A DNA stretch of 55,499 bases, taken from positions 248,001 to 303,499 of the forward strand of contig PPNB01000010.1 in assembly GCA_003707115.1 (NCBI GenBank), given 5' to 3'. Shown here one piece after another: positions 43,079 to 51,076 of the stretch. The position numbers and the translations under genes are program-made. The stretch's first letter is position 1. The number at the start of each line of letters is the position of its first letter. This stretch comes from Tortispora ganteri (taxonomy: Eukaryota). The notes beneath the pieces are model-generated. The model ran no database searches. It saw nothing but the letters and a program-made list of their open reading frames with translations, and was not told the origin of the DNA.

Positions 43079-44047
43079 ATGGTACAGCCCGAAATTATTG
43101 CAAGCAAAAAAGACATACCTCGGCTCTTCATTGGTGGTGCAGTTTTCAATTTCCAGTACACCCAGCACCCGGAACAGGTGCCTGTCACTGATCTGCTACA
43201 AATTGCCTACGACCGCGGCATTTACGGCATTGACACTTCTGAGTACTATGGACCCTCAGAAATCCTCATTGGTAAGGCGTTAAGGAAACTTAAACTGCCC
43301 CGCAATGATCTCTATATCGCTACCAAAACAGGTCGCATTGCCATCGATCAATTCGATTACTCTCCGGAACACATAGAGATGTCAGTCTACCGGTCTCTCG
43401 ACCGACTCGGAATTGACTATCTCGACCAGGTTCTTGCTCACGATGTTGAATTTGCCCCGCCTGAAGATGTACTCGTTGGTATCGGCAAGCTTTTTGAACT
43501 CAAAGATAAAGGACTGATCCACCGTGTAGGCGTCTCGGGCTATCCGATCAATGTCTTGCTCGATATAGCTGTCCGCGCCAGAAATATGTACGGACGCCCT
43601 CTTGACGTCATTCTCTCATACTGTCATTACTGTCTACAGAATACCACCCTACTAGGACGCCTTGAGGAGTTCAAGGCAGCTGGTGTCGATATCGTCATCA
43701 ACGCCTCCCTGCTATCAATGGGCCTGCTGCGCAACTCCCCACCGCCAGAGTTCCATCCTGCCTCTGCCGAGATAAAAGCCGCTGTTGCAGATGCAGCCTC
43801 CGAAATCAAACAGAAGTACAACATTAACCTCGGCGATCTCGCCCTCCGCTTTGCTCTCAGAACTTGGAAAGGCCCTTCCATTATAGGCTGCCTGTCCATC
43901 GAAGAGGTCGCAGTAGCTGCAGAATCGGCTGGCAGTGCGCCGGGAACAAGCACGCCGACTCTTTCTGATACAGACAAAGAATGCATAGAGCTGTTCCGGT
44001 TACGTTTGGGCGACTTGTACAATACAGAATGGCCATCAGGACTGTGA
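43079..44047 (+). CDS. ARA2: Aldo-keto reductase, Ara2-like D-arabinose/L-galactose dehydrogenase
   Basis: ATG at 43079. GGAVFNFQY, DTSEYYGPSEILIG, TKTGR, HDVEF, GVSGYP, NASLLSMGLL and FHPA. Confidence 0.82.
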   Translation: MVQPEIIASKKDIPRLFIGGAVFNFQYTQHPEQVPVTDLLQIAYDRGIYGIDTSEYYGPSEILIGKALRKLKLPRNDLYIATKTGRIAIDQFDYSPEHIEMSVYRSLDRLGIDYLDQVLAHDVEFAPPEDVLVGIGKLFELKDKGLIHRVGVSGYPINVLLDIAVRARNMYGRPLDVILSYCHYCLQNTTLLGRLEEFKAAGVDIVINASLLSMGLLRNSPPPEFHPASAEIKAAVADAASEIKQKYNINLGDLALRFALRTWKGPSIIGCLSIEEVAVAAESAGSAPGTSTPTLSDTDKECIELFRLRLGDLYNTEWPSGL

Positions 44048-44351
44048 GTTCTTTCGTAACTTTAACAGCCACACAACCGTTGCACCTGTCTATAATATTC
44101 TGCCACTATATAATGCGCTGGACTTGTTCATTGACTCGTTTTGTGCAATAGCAATTGAATTGCACCTGGATATATTTATTCCAGGATATATCACACATAA
44201 AAGAGACACGTCTCGCATGTAAACCGCAAGTACGAGAAGATACCGTTGATATTAAGGTTTTCATGTCATTAAGGTTTATCTCATTGGCCTCCCCTATCTG
44301 GCACCTTCCATTTACCATAACACTGCACTACTAATTTGATCATTAACTGCT

Positions 44352-46178
44352 ATGTGGAGCAAAACTTATACTGTTGTAGAGTCTTCCAAACTTGTTGGAG
44401 ACCGCGTAATATTACCGGCTAGTAGCCTTGAGGAGCTCCTGCGGGCATACGACAATGCCTTGCCATCGCCTTTGACATTCCAACTCGCTAATGGCAACAT
44501 ACACTGTGGCGTACAGGAATTTTCAGCTGATCCTAGTATAATAATGATGTCTTCAGAGCTATATGCGGCTTTAGAAAGCCCTGAAACTGTGCTCATTCAA
44601 AGTAAGGAGCTGCCTAAAGGCAGTAAGGCAGTCTTTCGCATCAAAGGTCCACACTCAGTAGACGACTGGAAATCGCTGCTGGAAGCCCGTCTCAGGACAT
44701 CTTACACCACACTGAGTGTGGGACATGATATTTATATTGAAAACGGTTCAGATACTGTCACAGTTGGTGTCGAATCATTAGAACCCTCAAGTGCAGTCGG
44801 TGTCATAGACACCGACCTTGAGGTCGATTTTGTCTCCGACTCTGCGTCAAGCGTTTCGGTAGCTCAAACCATAATATCACTAGGTAGCTGGTATTGTGGT
44901 CCTGGTTTATTTGTACTTAAGGAGTGGGACAGAAATCGGAAGCTCCTTCTCAAAACCGATCATGGATACGCCTTTGCAGATACAAATTCCGAGCCAACCC
45001 AGCAGCGGTTCCAATGGTTGGCTGGCCTGGAGGACGCAACTATACTTACAGGACCGGCAGATACTTTACACGTACTTATACCTCAGAAATGCTCATTTAC
45101 CGTGGAATATGACATTATAGAAAGCGAACGGTCACCGTTGGAAGAAGAGATGGACGTTGAAGAATGCCCTAACTGTCATCGAAAGATCCATAAAAATGCC
45201 TTTATGATGCATTCTGTATCCTGCCAGCGAATGAACATGGTTTGCAAATACGGATGTGGGGCGGTATTCAGCAGACGTGAATTCAATGGCCAGCCTCCTG
45301 AAAGCGTACATTGGCACTGCAGTCAATGTACGGCTGTAGGCACGCGACCTTTTACACTCGATGACCATTTAAAGTTGTTTCATATAGCTGAAAACTGTGG
45401 GAAGTGCTCAAGGACGGGTTTTGAGAGTGCTTACAGCGCTGCAATACATCGTGCCACTGACTGTCCTCAACGACTGCATATTTGCAGGTTTTGCCATCTG
45501 AGTGTGCCCCGAGGAGAGACGTCTGTTGCGGAAAGTGTAATGGGTATGAGTGGGCATGAAGCTGAATGTGGCAGCCGTACTTCTGAATGTCACTTATGTG
45601 GCAATAATATAAGATTAAGAGATATCGAGATGCATATGGGCTGGCATGATCACACAAGGCGACAAGGTACGGCACCAATTATATGCAATAACGTGAATTG
45701 TGGCCGCATTGTTGACTCAGACAATGCTCTTGGTGTGTGTTCTATCTGTTTTGGTCCTTTGTACAATGCTGTTCTGGATACAGATGGACTGAAGCTGCGG
45801 CGAAGGCTTGAACGACGTTATTTCATACAGTTGACGCATGGATGCGGCAAGGAATGGTGCCACAATAATGAATGTATGACAGGGGCGGGCCATAAATTTG
45901 CGATGAAAGAGGCTGCCTCGCGGGTTAAGGAACTCATGAAAGAAGGAAGTAAAGGGGTATTTTATTTTTGCGTGGACGAGACGTGCACGAGGAATATGGT
46001 GATTGTCAACTGGCTCGTGGAGGAGCAGGAGTACGACAGGTCATGGTGTTGTGCGGCAGCACAAGCGGCACAGGGACGAGAAGATCTTGCGAGAAAATGG
46101 CTGGCAGATAATGCTGTTAAATTGACAGAAAAAGCCGAAATTCTTCGAGGTTCAAACGTCATAGAGCAGAGTGCCTAA
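44352..46178 (+). CDS. UFD1-domain protein with TRAF-like zinc fingers and an AZUL-like zinc domain
   Basis: UFD1-like motifs GDRVILP, HCGVQEFSA, LPKG and IDTDLEVDF; several CxxC/H fingers; AZUL-like RYFIQLTHGCGKEWCHNNEC. Confidence 0.85.
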   Translation: MWSKTYTVVESSKLVGDRVILPASSLEELLRAYDNALPSPLTFQLANGNIHCGVQEFSADPSIIMMSSELYAALESPETVLIQSKELPKGSKAVFRIKGPHSVDDWKSLLEARLRTSYTTLSVGHDIYIENGSDTVTVGVESLEPSSAVGVIDTDLEVDFVSDSASSVSVAQTIISLGSWYCGPGLFVLKEWDRNRKLLLKTDHGYAFADTNSEPTQQRFQWLAGLEDATILTGPADTLHVLIPQKCSFTVEYDIIESERSPLEEEMDVEECPNCHRKIHKNAFMMHSVSCQRMNMVCKYGCGAVFSRREFNGQPPESVHWHCSQCTAVGTRPFTLDDHLKLFHIAENCGKCSRTGFESAYSAAIHRATDCPQRLHICRFCHLSVPRGETSVAESVMGMSGHEAECGSRTSECHLCGNNIRLRDIEMHMGWHDHTRRQGTAPIICNNVNCGRIVDSDNALGVCSICFGPLYNAVLDTDGLKLRRRLERRYFIQLTHGCGKEWCHNNECMTGAGHKFAMKEAASRVKELMKEGSKGVFYFCVDETCTRNMVIVNWLVEEQEYDRSWCCAAAQAAQGREDLARKWLADNAVKLTEKAEILRGSNVIEQSA

Positions 46179-46243
46179 ACTGGGTGCCCTTCTGCACTTG
46201 GGACAATCTTTAGTCTCTTTAACTACCACCTGCGAACTTCGGC

Positions 46244-46601
46244 ATGCGATTAATCATTTTGGCGTTAATGTGGCCAGCAATGGCGTGGCCGTGGTACTGT
46301 TTGTGTGATTGTCTCGGTAACACTACTGTGCTTCAACTAAACGAATCTTCGAGTGCTTGTGGCGTTTGCACGAGACAATATTGCATCGACAGCGGATTTG
46401 AGTCGTGTCAAGCAGCGCCATTAGAGACAATCATAGTCAAATGTTTTCGTAAGTATAGGCTGATGACATGAATATTATTAACGATTCTAACACACCCTAG
46501 AGCGTGAAAGCCTTAAGGAACTGATAATAAATAGCACATTCATTGCCGTAACAATAGGTCTGTTGGCCTATTCTCTTGTACGGCGATTTCTTCGCAGGTG
46601 A
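46244..46601 (+). CDS. Small Cys-rich single-pass membrane protein (101 aa); exons 46244-46448 and 46501-46601
   Basis: The 52-nt intron GTAAGT...CTAAC-acaccc-TAG joins ...IVKCF to QRESLKELIINSTFIAVTIGLLAYSLVRRFLRR. The product has a signal peptide, CxCxC, CxxC and a C-terminal TM helix with a basic tail. Confidence 0.88.
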
Positions 46602-46759
46602 ACGAAATGCACCAGAATGTTATGAACTTTAATAGCCGTACGGTTTAGTTACCCCGGTATTACTCCGACTTTCTCTTCGTTTCTCACGGTTACTGTATTT
46701 CTTAATAGATTCTTGCAGTTTCTGGTTGTTCTGTCTTAATTTATAAACGATTTTTTTCA

Positions 46760-47620
46760 ATGATTACCGGTACTGTCTATCGAATTGCCGCTCGCAGCAG
46801 TCGCGTCTCTCAATTTCGCGCCTTCTCCGGTTCCGCTCTGCGCGGCTATGAGTTCATCAAAACCAGCAAGACTGACAAGGGAGCCTTACTCATTGAACTG
46901 AACCGTCCTAAGGCCTTGAATGCGCTGTGCACTCCGCTGATTGTCGAGCTTAATCAGGCTTTAAAAGAAGCCGAAACTGACTCGTCTATTGGCGCCACAG
47001 TAATTACCGGCTCCGAGAAAGCATTCGCTGCGGGGGCTGACATCAAAGAGATGAAGGACCTCTCTTTCTCTGATGCTTATGGAAAGGATTTCATTGAAAA
47101 TTGGTCTGATCAAGTGTATAACGTGAAGAAACCTGTTATTGCTGCCGTTAATGGTTTCGCTCTTGGTGGCGGCTGCGAATTGGCTATGATGGCTGACATC
47201 CTCTATGTTGGCGAAAAGGCCAAGTTCGGTCAACCCGAAGTTAAGCTTGGTGTTATTCCAGGTGCTGGTGGTTCTCAGCGCCTTACCAGGGCTATCGGCA
47301 AAGCAAAAGCAATGGAAATCTGTCTCACTGGTGACATGTTCTCTGCTCAGCAAGCCTACGATTGGGGTCTTGCTGCCAAGATTTTCCCTCCTGAGCAGCT
47401 CGTTAGTGAAGCCATCAAGACCGCCGAAAAGATCGCTTCCTACTCCAAGATTGCTGTCAAGGCTGTCAAGGAAGTTGTCAACGAAGGATACAACCTTGGT
47501 CTTGATCAAGGTATTAAATACGAGCGCCGTGTATTCCACGGTCTTTTCGGTTCTCACGACCAAAAAGAGGGTATGTCTGCTTTCGCTGAAAAAAGAGAGC
47601 CTAAATGGAAGAACGAGTAA
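46760..47620 (+). CDS. Mitochondrial enoyl-CoA hydratase (ECHS1-like)
   Basis: Arg/Ser-rich presequence; LNRPKALNAL, AFAAGADIKEM, ALGGGCELAM and FGQPE...IPGAGGSQRLTRAIGK. Confidence 0.96.
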   Translation: MITGTVYRIAARSSRVSQFRAFSGSALRGYEFIKTSKTDKGALLIELNRPKALNALCTPLIVELNQALKEAETDSSIGATVITGSEKAFAAGADIKEMKDLSFSDAYGKDFIENWSDQVYNVKKPVIAAVNGFALGGGCELAMMADILYVGEKAKFGQPEVKLGVIPGAGGSQRLTRAIGKAKAMEICLTGDMFSAQQAYDWGLAAKIFPPEQLVSEAIKTAEKIASYSKIAVKAVKEVVNEGYNLGLDQGIKYERRVFHGLFGSHDQKEGMSAFAEKREPKWKNE

Positions 47621-47733
47621 GTAGATGTGTAAATGCGTCATAGTATACTATTATAATAAAAAAAATAACTGATTAAATAATTGTTGGGCAGCCTGGTGCT
47701 AGTACGCCAATGGAGAAAGTAAGAGACACTCTT

Positions 47734-48696
47734 TCACGATCGTTCTGGGGAATGTCCTGGCGATACATCAGGAGAATGCAGAGTTATTTGTGCACTGTTG
47801 GCGCTGTGATCTCGGGGTGTCAACCTAGGAGAGAAAGGAGAATCATGCGAGTCATCGTCAGGGAACCTAGAGCTGAGAGTTGTGAACATCGGTGAATCAG
47901 GAGTTATGTGAGTTGCAGGTGGGAGGTGAAGTTCGTTCAGGCTTAAAGAAGTATTGCTTTGTCTGAGTTGATAATCAGAAGATGCGCTAGGGTCTCTATC
48001 GTGCTGGTGATCATTGCCCTTTTCGAGTATGTCGAGATAGTTGCGTCTGCCGGGGTCAGCTTGCCGTTTAGCTTTTTTCTTTTGGCGCTTTATGCTAGGT
48101 CTGACGACGACGACGGGCACTGGGGAGTACTGGAGACAGTATTTCGAGACTGAGCCGGGCATCAGGCCTTGAAATCCGTTCAAGGACCGACCGCGAGTTC
48201 CGACGATGAGCATTGCGGGCTCGTAGACCTGGATCATTCGCTGAATAGTTTTCTCTACCTTTCCGACAACGAGTTCAAATATTATACTTGTTTTTTTATT
48301 TTCAATATTTTTGTCGAGTACTTCTTGAAGTTTTTCTTGTGCAATTTGTCGGTACTCGCTGTCGTCAGTCTGGGTGAGTTTTGAGGCTGGATCGATGACT
48401 CTGAGACAGACGACCTCGTCGCCATCTGACACCAGCTCATCAAGCAGCCATTCAAGAGCAAATTCTGAGTAGTCATTGTCGTCGAGGCCGCATAAGAATG
48501 TCCGAGACTGGCGTGTATACCTATAATCGAGGTGTTTTGTGCGGAGTGTGTAAGAGAAAAGTGAGGCGTCTTTATTGGTGAAGGTGTCGAAAGATACTTG
48601 AGGCTGGAACTTCGGCGGAGGTGGTGGCGAGCTTGGTCTTCTTAAGATTTCGTGATCAATTGATCTTTCTTTGGGATCGATAAACTTGATAGACAT
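47734..48696 (-). CDS. Fungal universal stress protein (Usp domain)
   Basis: SRTFLCGLDDNDYSEFALEWL, LIVGTRGRSL and GSVSKYCLQYSPVPVVVVRP. Confidence 0.92.
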   Translation of the reverse strand: MSIKFIDPKERSIDHEILRRPSSPPPPPKFQPQVSFDTFTNKDASLFSYTLRTKHLDYRYTRQSRTFLCGLDDNDYSEFALEWLLDELVSDGDEVVCLRVIDPASKLTQTDDSEYRQIAQEKLQEVLDKNIENKKTSIIFELVVGKVEKTIQRMIQVYEPAMLIVGTRGRSLNGFQGLMPGSVSKYCLQYSPVPVVVVRPSIKRQKKKAKRQADPGRRNYLDILEKGNDHQHDRDPSASSDYQLRQSNTSLSLNELHLPPATHITPDSPMFTTLSSRFPDDDSHDSPFSPRLTPRDHSANSAQITLHSPDVSPGHSPERS

Positions 48697-49115
48697 CTAC
48701 GGTGGCGGAGGAGAGTGTAGGCGGACAGACAGATAGGCAGGGCGTGTGTGCTGGCCTTGTTGACGAGCAAAATGTGGATTTGGCACGACTAAGGGTAGTG
48801 CAAGAGGTGTTAAGTAATGCAAAATTCGCGCAAAATATAGTTAATCAACTATTAATGTTGATAAACCTCTTCTGAAGCGATTGGCCGGTATATATGTTAG
48901 TAGAAAATGTACTTGATGGTAGTAATGGAGAAGAAGAAATATAGGAAAAGGTCCCAAATTGATCAATTTCCAAGATATAGAGGTAATGAAGTTATTGAAA
49001 TAATATTTTACTAAGCCTGGAATAATTAATGAATAAATTAATAAATACAAAATTTTAACAAACTACATATACACAAAAATATTTAAATAACTAATAATAA
49101 CAAACCATAAAATAA

Positions 49116-49787
49116 TCATAACCGTTCGAAATCTTCGCCCATGATCTCGGACACGTAGGAGTCAAATCTGCTCACCTGCTCTACTTCTAGCTTCTTACCG
49201 TCAGCGATCTTATTATGCAAGGCTTTTATACAAGACTCGCATGACTGTTGACTCTCAAATCGAATATATCCTACACAACTTTTTTGGTCATAAGAATTTT
49301 TGATGCGCACTTTCAGCACTCGACCGTAGTTACTGCAGTGTACTTCGAGATCTTTCGTCGATGTGCCCACAGCCAGGTTTGCCAGTCGTACAACAGGTGC
49401 CTTCAGTAGCGCTTGACCTTTGATAGACAATGATTCTAATTTCTGTTTCTGTTTTGGTTTTTGTTTCGAATTCTGTTTCAGCGAACCAATCGTTTTCACA
49501 GCACCATTCTCTTTTGAAATCAGGTTTTTGCTGAAATTTTTGCTTTTAGTCGCACCCAAGCCTGACTTGCTTATCTTTTCGTTGCTTTTTGATCGCTTGA
49601 TCCCGTGAATAGACAAAAATAAAGGATTGTTTATCAGTTTTTCCTTCTTCTTCCATTCGTCGTGTCCATCACCTATCCGCCGCGACAGTTCGTTCCCCCC
49701 GAAAATCTGGTCCATCACGCTCTTCGACGGGTCCACATTCTTCGCTAATTCGCTCTTAACCGCACTGTTTTTCTTGCCGCTGCCCAT
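49116..49787 (-). CDS. Basic RRM-domain RNA-binding protein
   Basis: ATG at 49787 (MGSGKK). Lys-rich, with a C-terminal RRM VVRLANLAVG...VGYIRFES...ADGKKLEV. Confidence 0.8.
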   Translation of the reverse strand: MGSGKKNSAVKSELAKNVDPSKSVMDQIFGGNELSRRIGDGHDEWKKKEKLINNPLFLSIHGIKRSKSNEKISKSGLGATKSKNFSKNLISKENGAVKTIGSLKQNSKQKPKQKQKLESLSIKGQALLKAPVVRLANLAVGTSTKDLEVHCSNYGRVLKVRIKNSYDQKSCVGYIRFESQQSCESCIKALHNKIADGKKLEVEQVSRFDSYVSEIMGEDFERL

Positions 49788-49883
49788 TTTCACTCGGAAA
49801 ATTGCCTTGCTATGCCTTTGTTCTGTGAACTCGCAAAGTTGCTCTTCCCACGCTCTCGCTAGTACCAAAATTAGTTCCATTTT

Positions 49884-49893
49884 ATCACGTGAC
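49884..49893. promoter_or_regulatory. bHLH (Cbf1-type) site ATCACGTGAC in a divergent promoter
   Basis: Matches RTCACGTGAY and is centred in the 187-bp gap between two divergent ATGs. Confidence 0.6.
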
Positions 49894-49974
49894 TTACACA
49901 CTACACACATTCCATTCCAAGACCGCATACAATACCAGCCACAATGCGTGCATTATACTCTCCGTCTGCACCCC

Positions 49975-50931
49975 ATGGACGCAGTTACTGCGTGGCTAGC
50001 TGATCTGATCCGCGGTACAGCCGCTCATAAACCAGTAACTGTTGCCATCAGCGTATTCACCTCGTTCTTCGTGCTCCTCGCCGTAGCCGTCGATATCTCT
50101 ACGCTGTTTCTCCAGAAAACTCTCACGTTTCCGCTAGACAATGCCCTAGCAGCACTAGATCTTCTGTCAGACAAGTTAGGCGCACCGCCTCTCCCGAAAC
50201 GCTCTCCCAGCTTCATTGGTCTGCGCCCCTGGCCTCATCCACACAAGGAATCTGACATTCAAAATGATTCACCTATTGAACCGCGCACTCCAGAGTCTGA
50301 GCCCCTGCCACCCTCAGTACCCGACTTGCAGCCAGACCACGAGTACAAGACATTTGGCGTCCTCACTAGATCAGACGACACCCACCATCTCAGAGCCATG
50401 GCTAACAAGTTCCTAGGAATGACCCCTGTCGCTCCAGCTGCTCCTACACGCGAATCACACTTCACTAAGGTCTCCCGCAAGCTTAGCGCCTCCATCGCTC
50501 GCTTTCGTCCTGCTTCATCGCCTGATGTAACTGCGCTCGGTGAAGGCCACGACCCTTCGGTATGTTTCCCTGAATGCCCTTGTGCCCCGCCAGAAGTGAA
50601 GAACCGTGCGGCTTCAAATAAATCGCTCAAATCGAAACGTAGCCGCAAAAGTAACAAGTCCAAGCGCTCGCGCAAGTCTAAAAACTCAATCAAACGCAGA
50701 AACTCAACTGCTTCATTGGACCATTCTACTCCTTCAGAATCGGAAGACTCCGATTCTGATTCCGACCCAGGTTCCGTTGAACAGCCTGAGAAGGAAGAAA
50801 TCGACTCTAATAATGTTGAAGGTGACGACAATGACGATGATGACGTGTTTCCACACGACCCATCCCTCTGTCATCCTGAGTGTCCATGCGCCCCTCCAGA
50901 AATTCGCGCGCTTATATCTAAATCTGTCTAA
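49975..50931 (+). CDS. Orphan protein (318 aa) with an N-terminal hydrophobic segment and a duplicated Cys/His motif
   Basis: First ATG at 49975; TM-like VAISVFTSFFVLLAVAV; HDPSxCxPECPCAPPE occurs twice. Confidence 0.75.
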   Translation: MDAVTAWLADLIRGTAAHKPVTVAISVFTSFFVLLAVAVDISTLFLQKTLTFPLDNALAALDLLSDKLGAPPLPKRSPSFIGLRPWPHPHKESDIQNDSPIEPRTPESEPLPPSVPDLQPDHEYKTFGVLTRSDDTHHLRAMANKFLGMTPVAPAAPTRESHFTKVSRKLSASIARFRPASSPDVTALGEGHDPSVCFPECPCAPPEVKNRAASNKSLKSKRSRKSNKSKRSRKSKNSIKRRNSTASLDHSTPSESEDSDSDSDPGSVEQPEKEEIDSNNVEGDDNDDDDVFPHDPSLCHPECPCAPPEIRALISKSV

Positions 50932-51076
50932 ATAACCTATTCGGTGTTCGAGCTATAGAGATCATATATGCTTGTTATACTACAAATACGTATTACAATA
51001 CTCATAGTTAGTTTAGTTACGTCCTCAAATTATTAAATGTAAATGTAATATAGATATACGGACACATAAGAATGTC

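Noticed and set aside
46921..46930. Alternative yeast genetic code (CUG=Ser/Ala)
   Set aside because: CTG encodes the conserved Leu of KALNAL in enoyl-CoA hydratase, consistent with the standard code.
46961..47641. 226-aa antisense ORF over enoyl-CoA hydratase (also 52968-53639 over eIF4G and 50259-50831)
   Set aside because: Expected antisense open frames of codon-biased genes, with no recognisable motifs.
49884..49893. CDEI of a point centromere
   Set aside because: There is no adjacent long AT-rich CDEII or CDEIII, and the site lies in a short promoter.
49627..49974. Apparent overlap between the RRM gene and the orphan gene (also at 12532-12630 and 43010-43018)
   Set aside because: These arise from non-ATG or upstream starts in the ORF track; the real ATGs leave ordinary divergent gaps.
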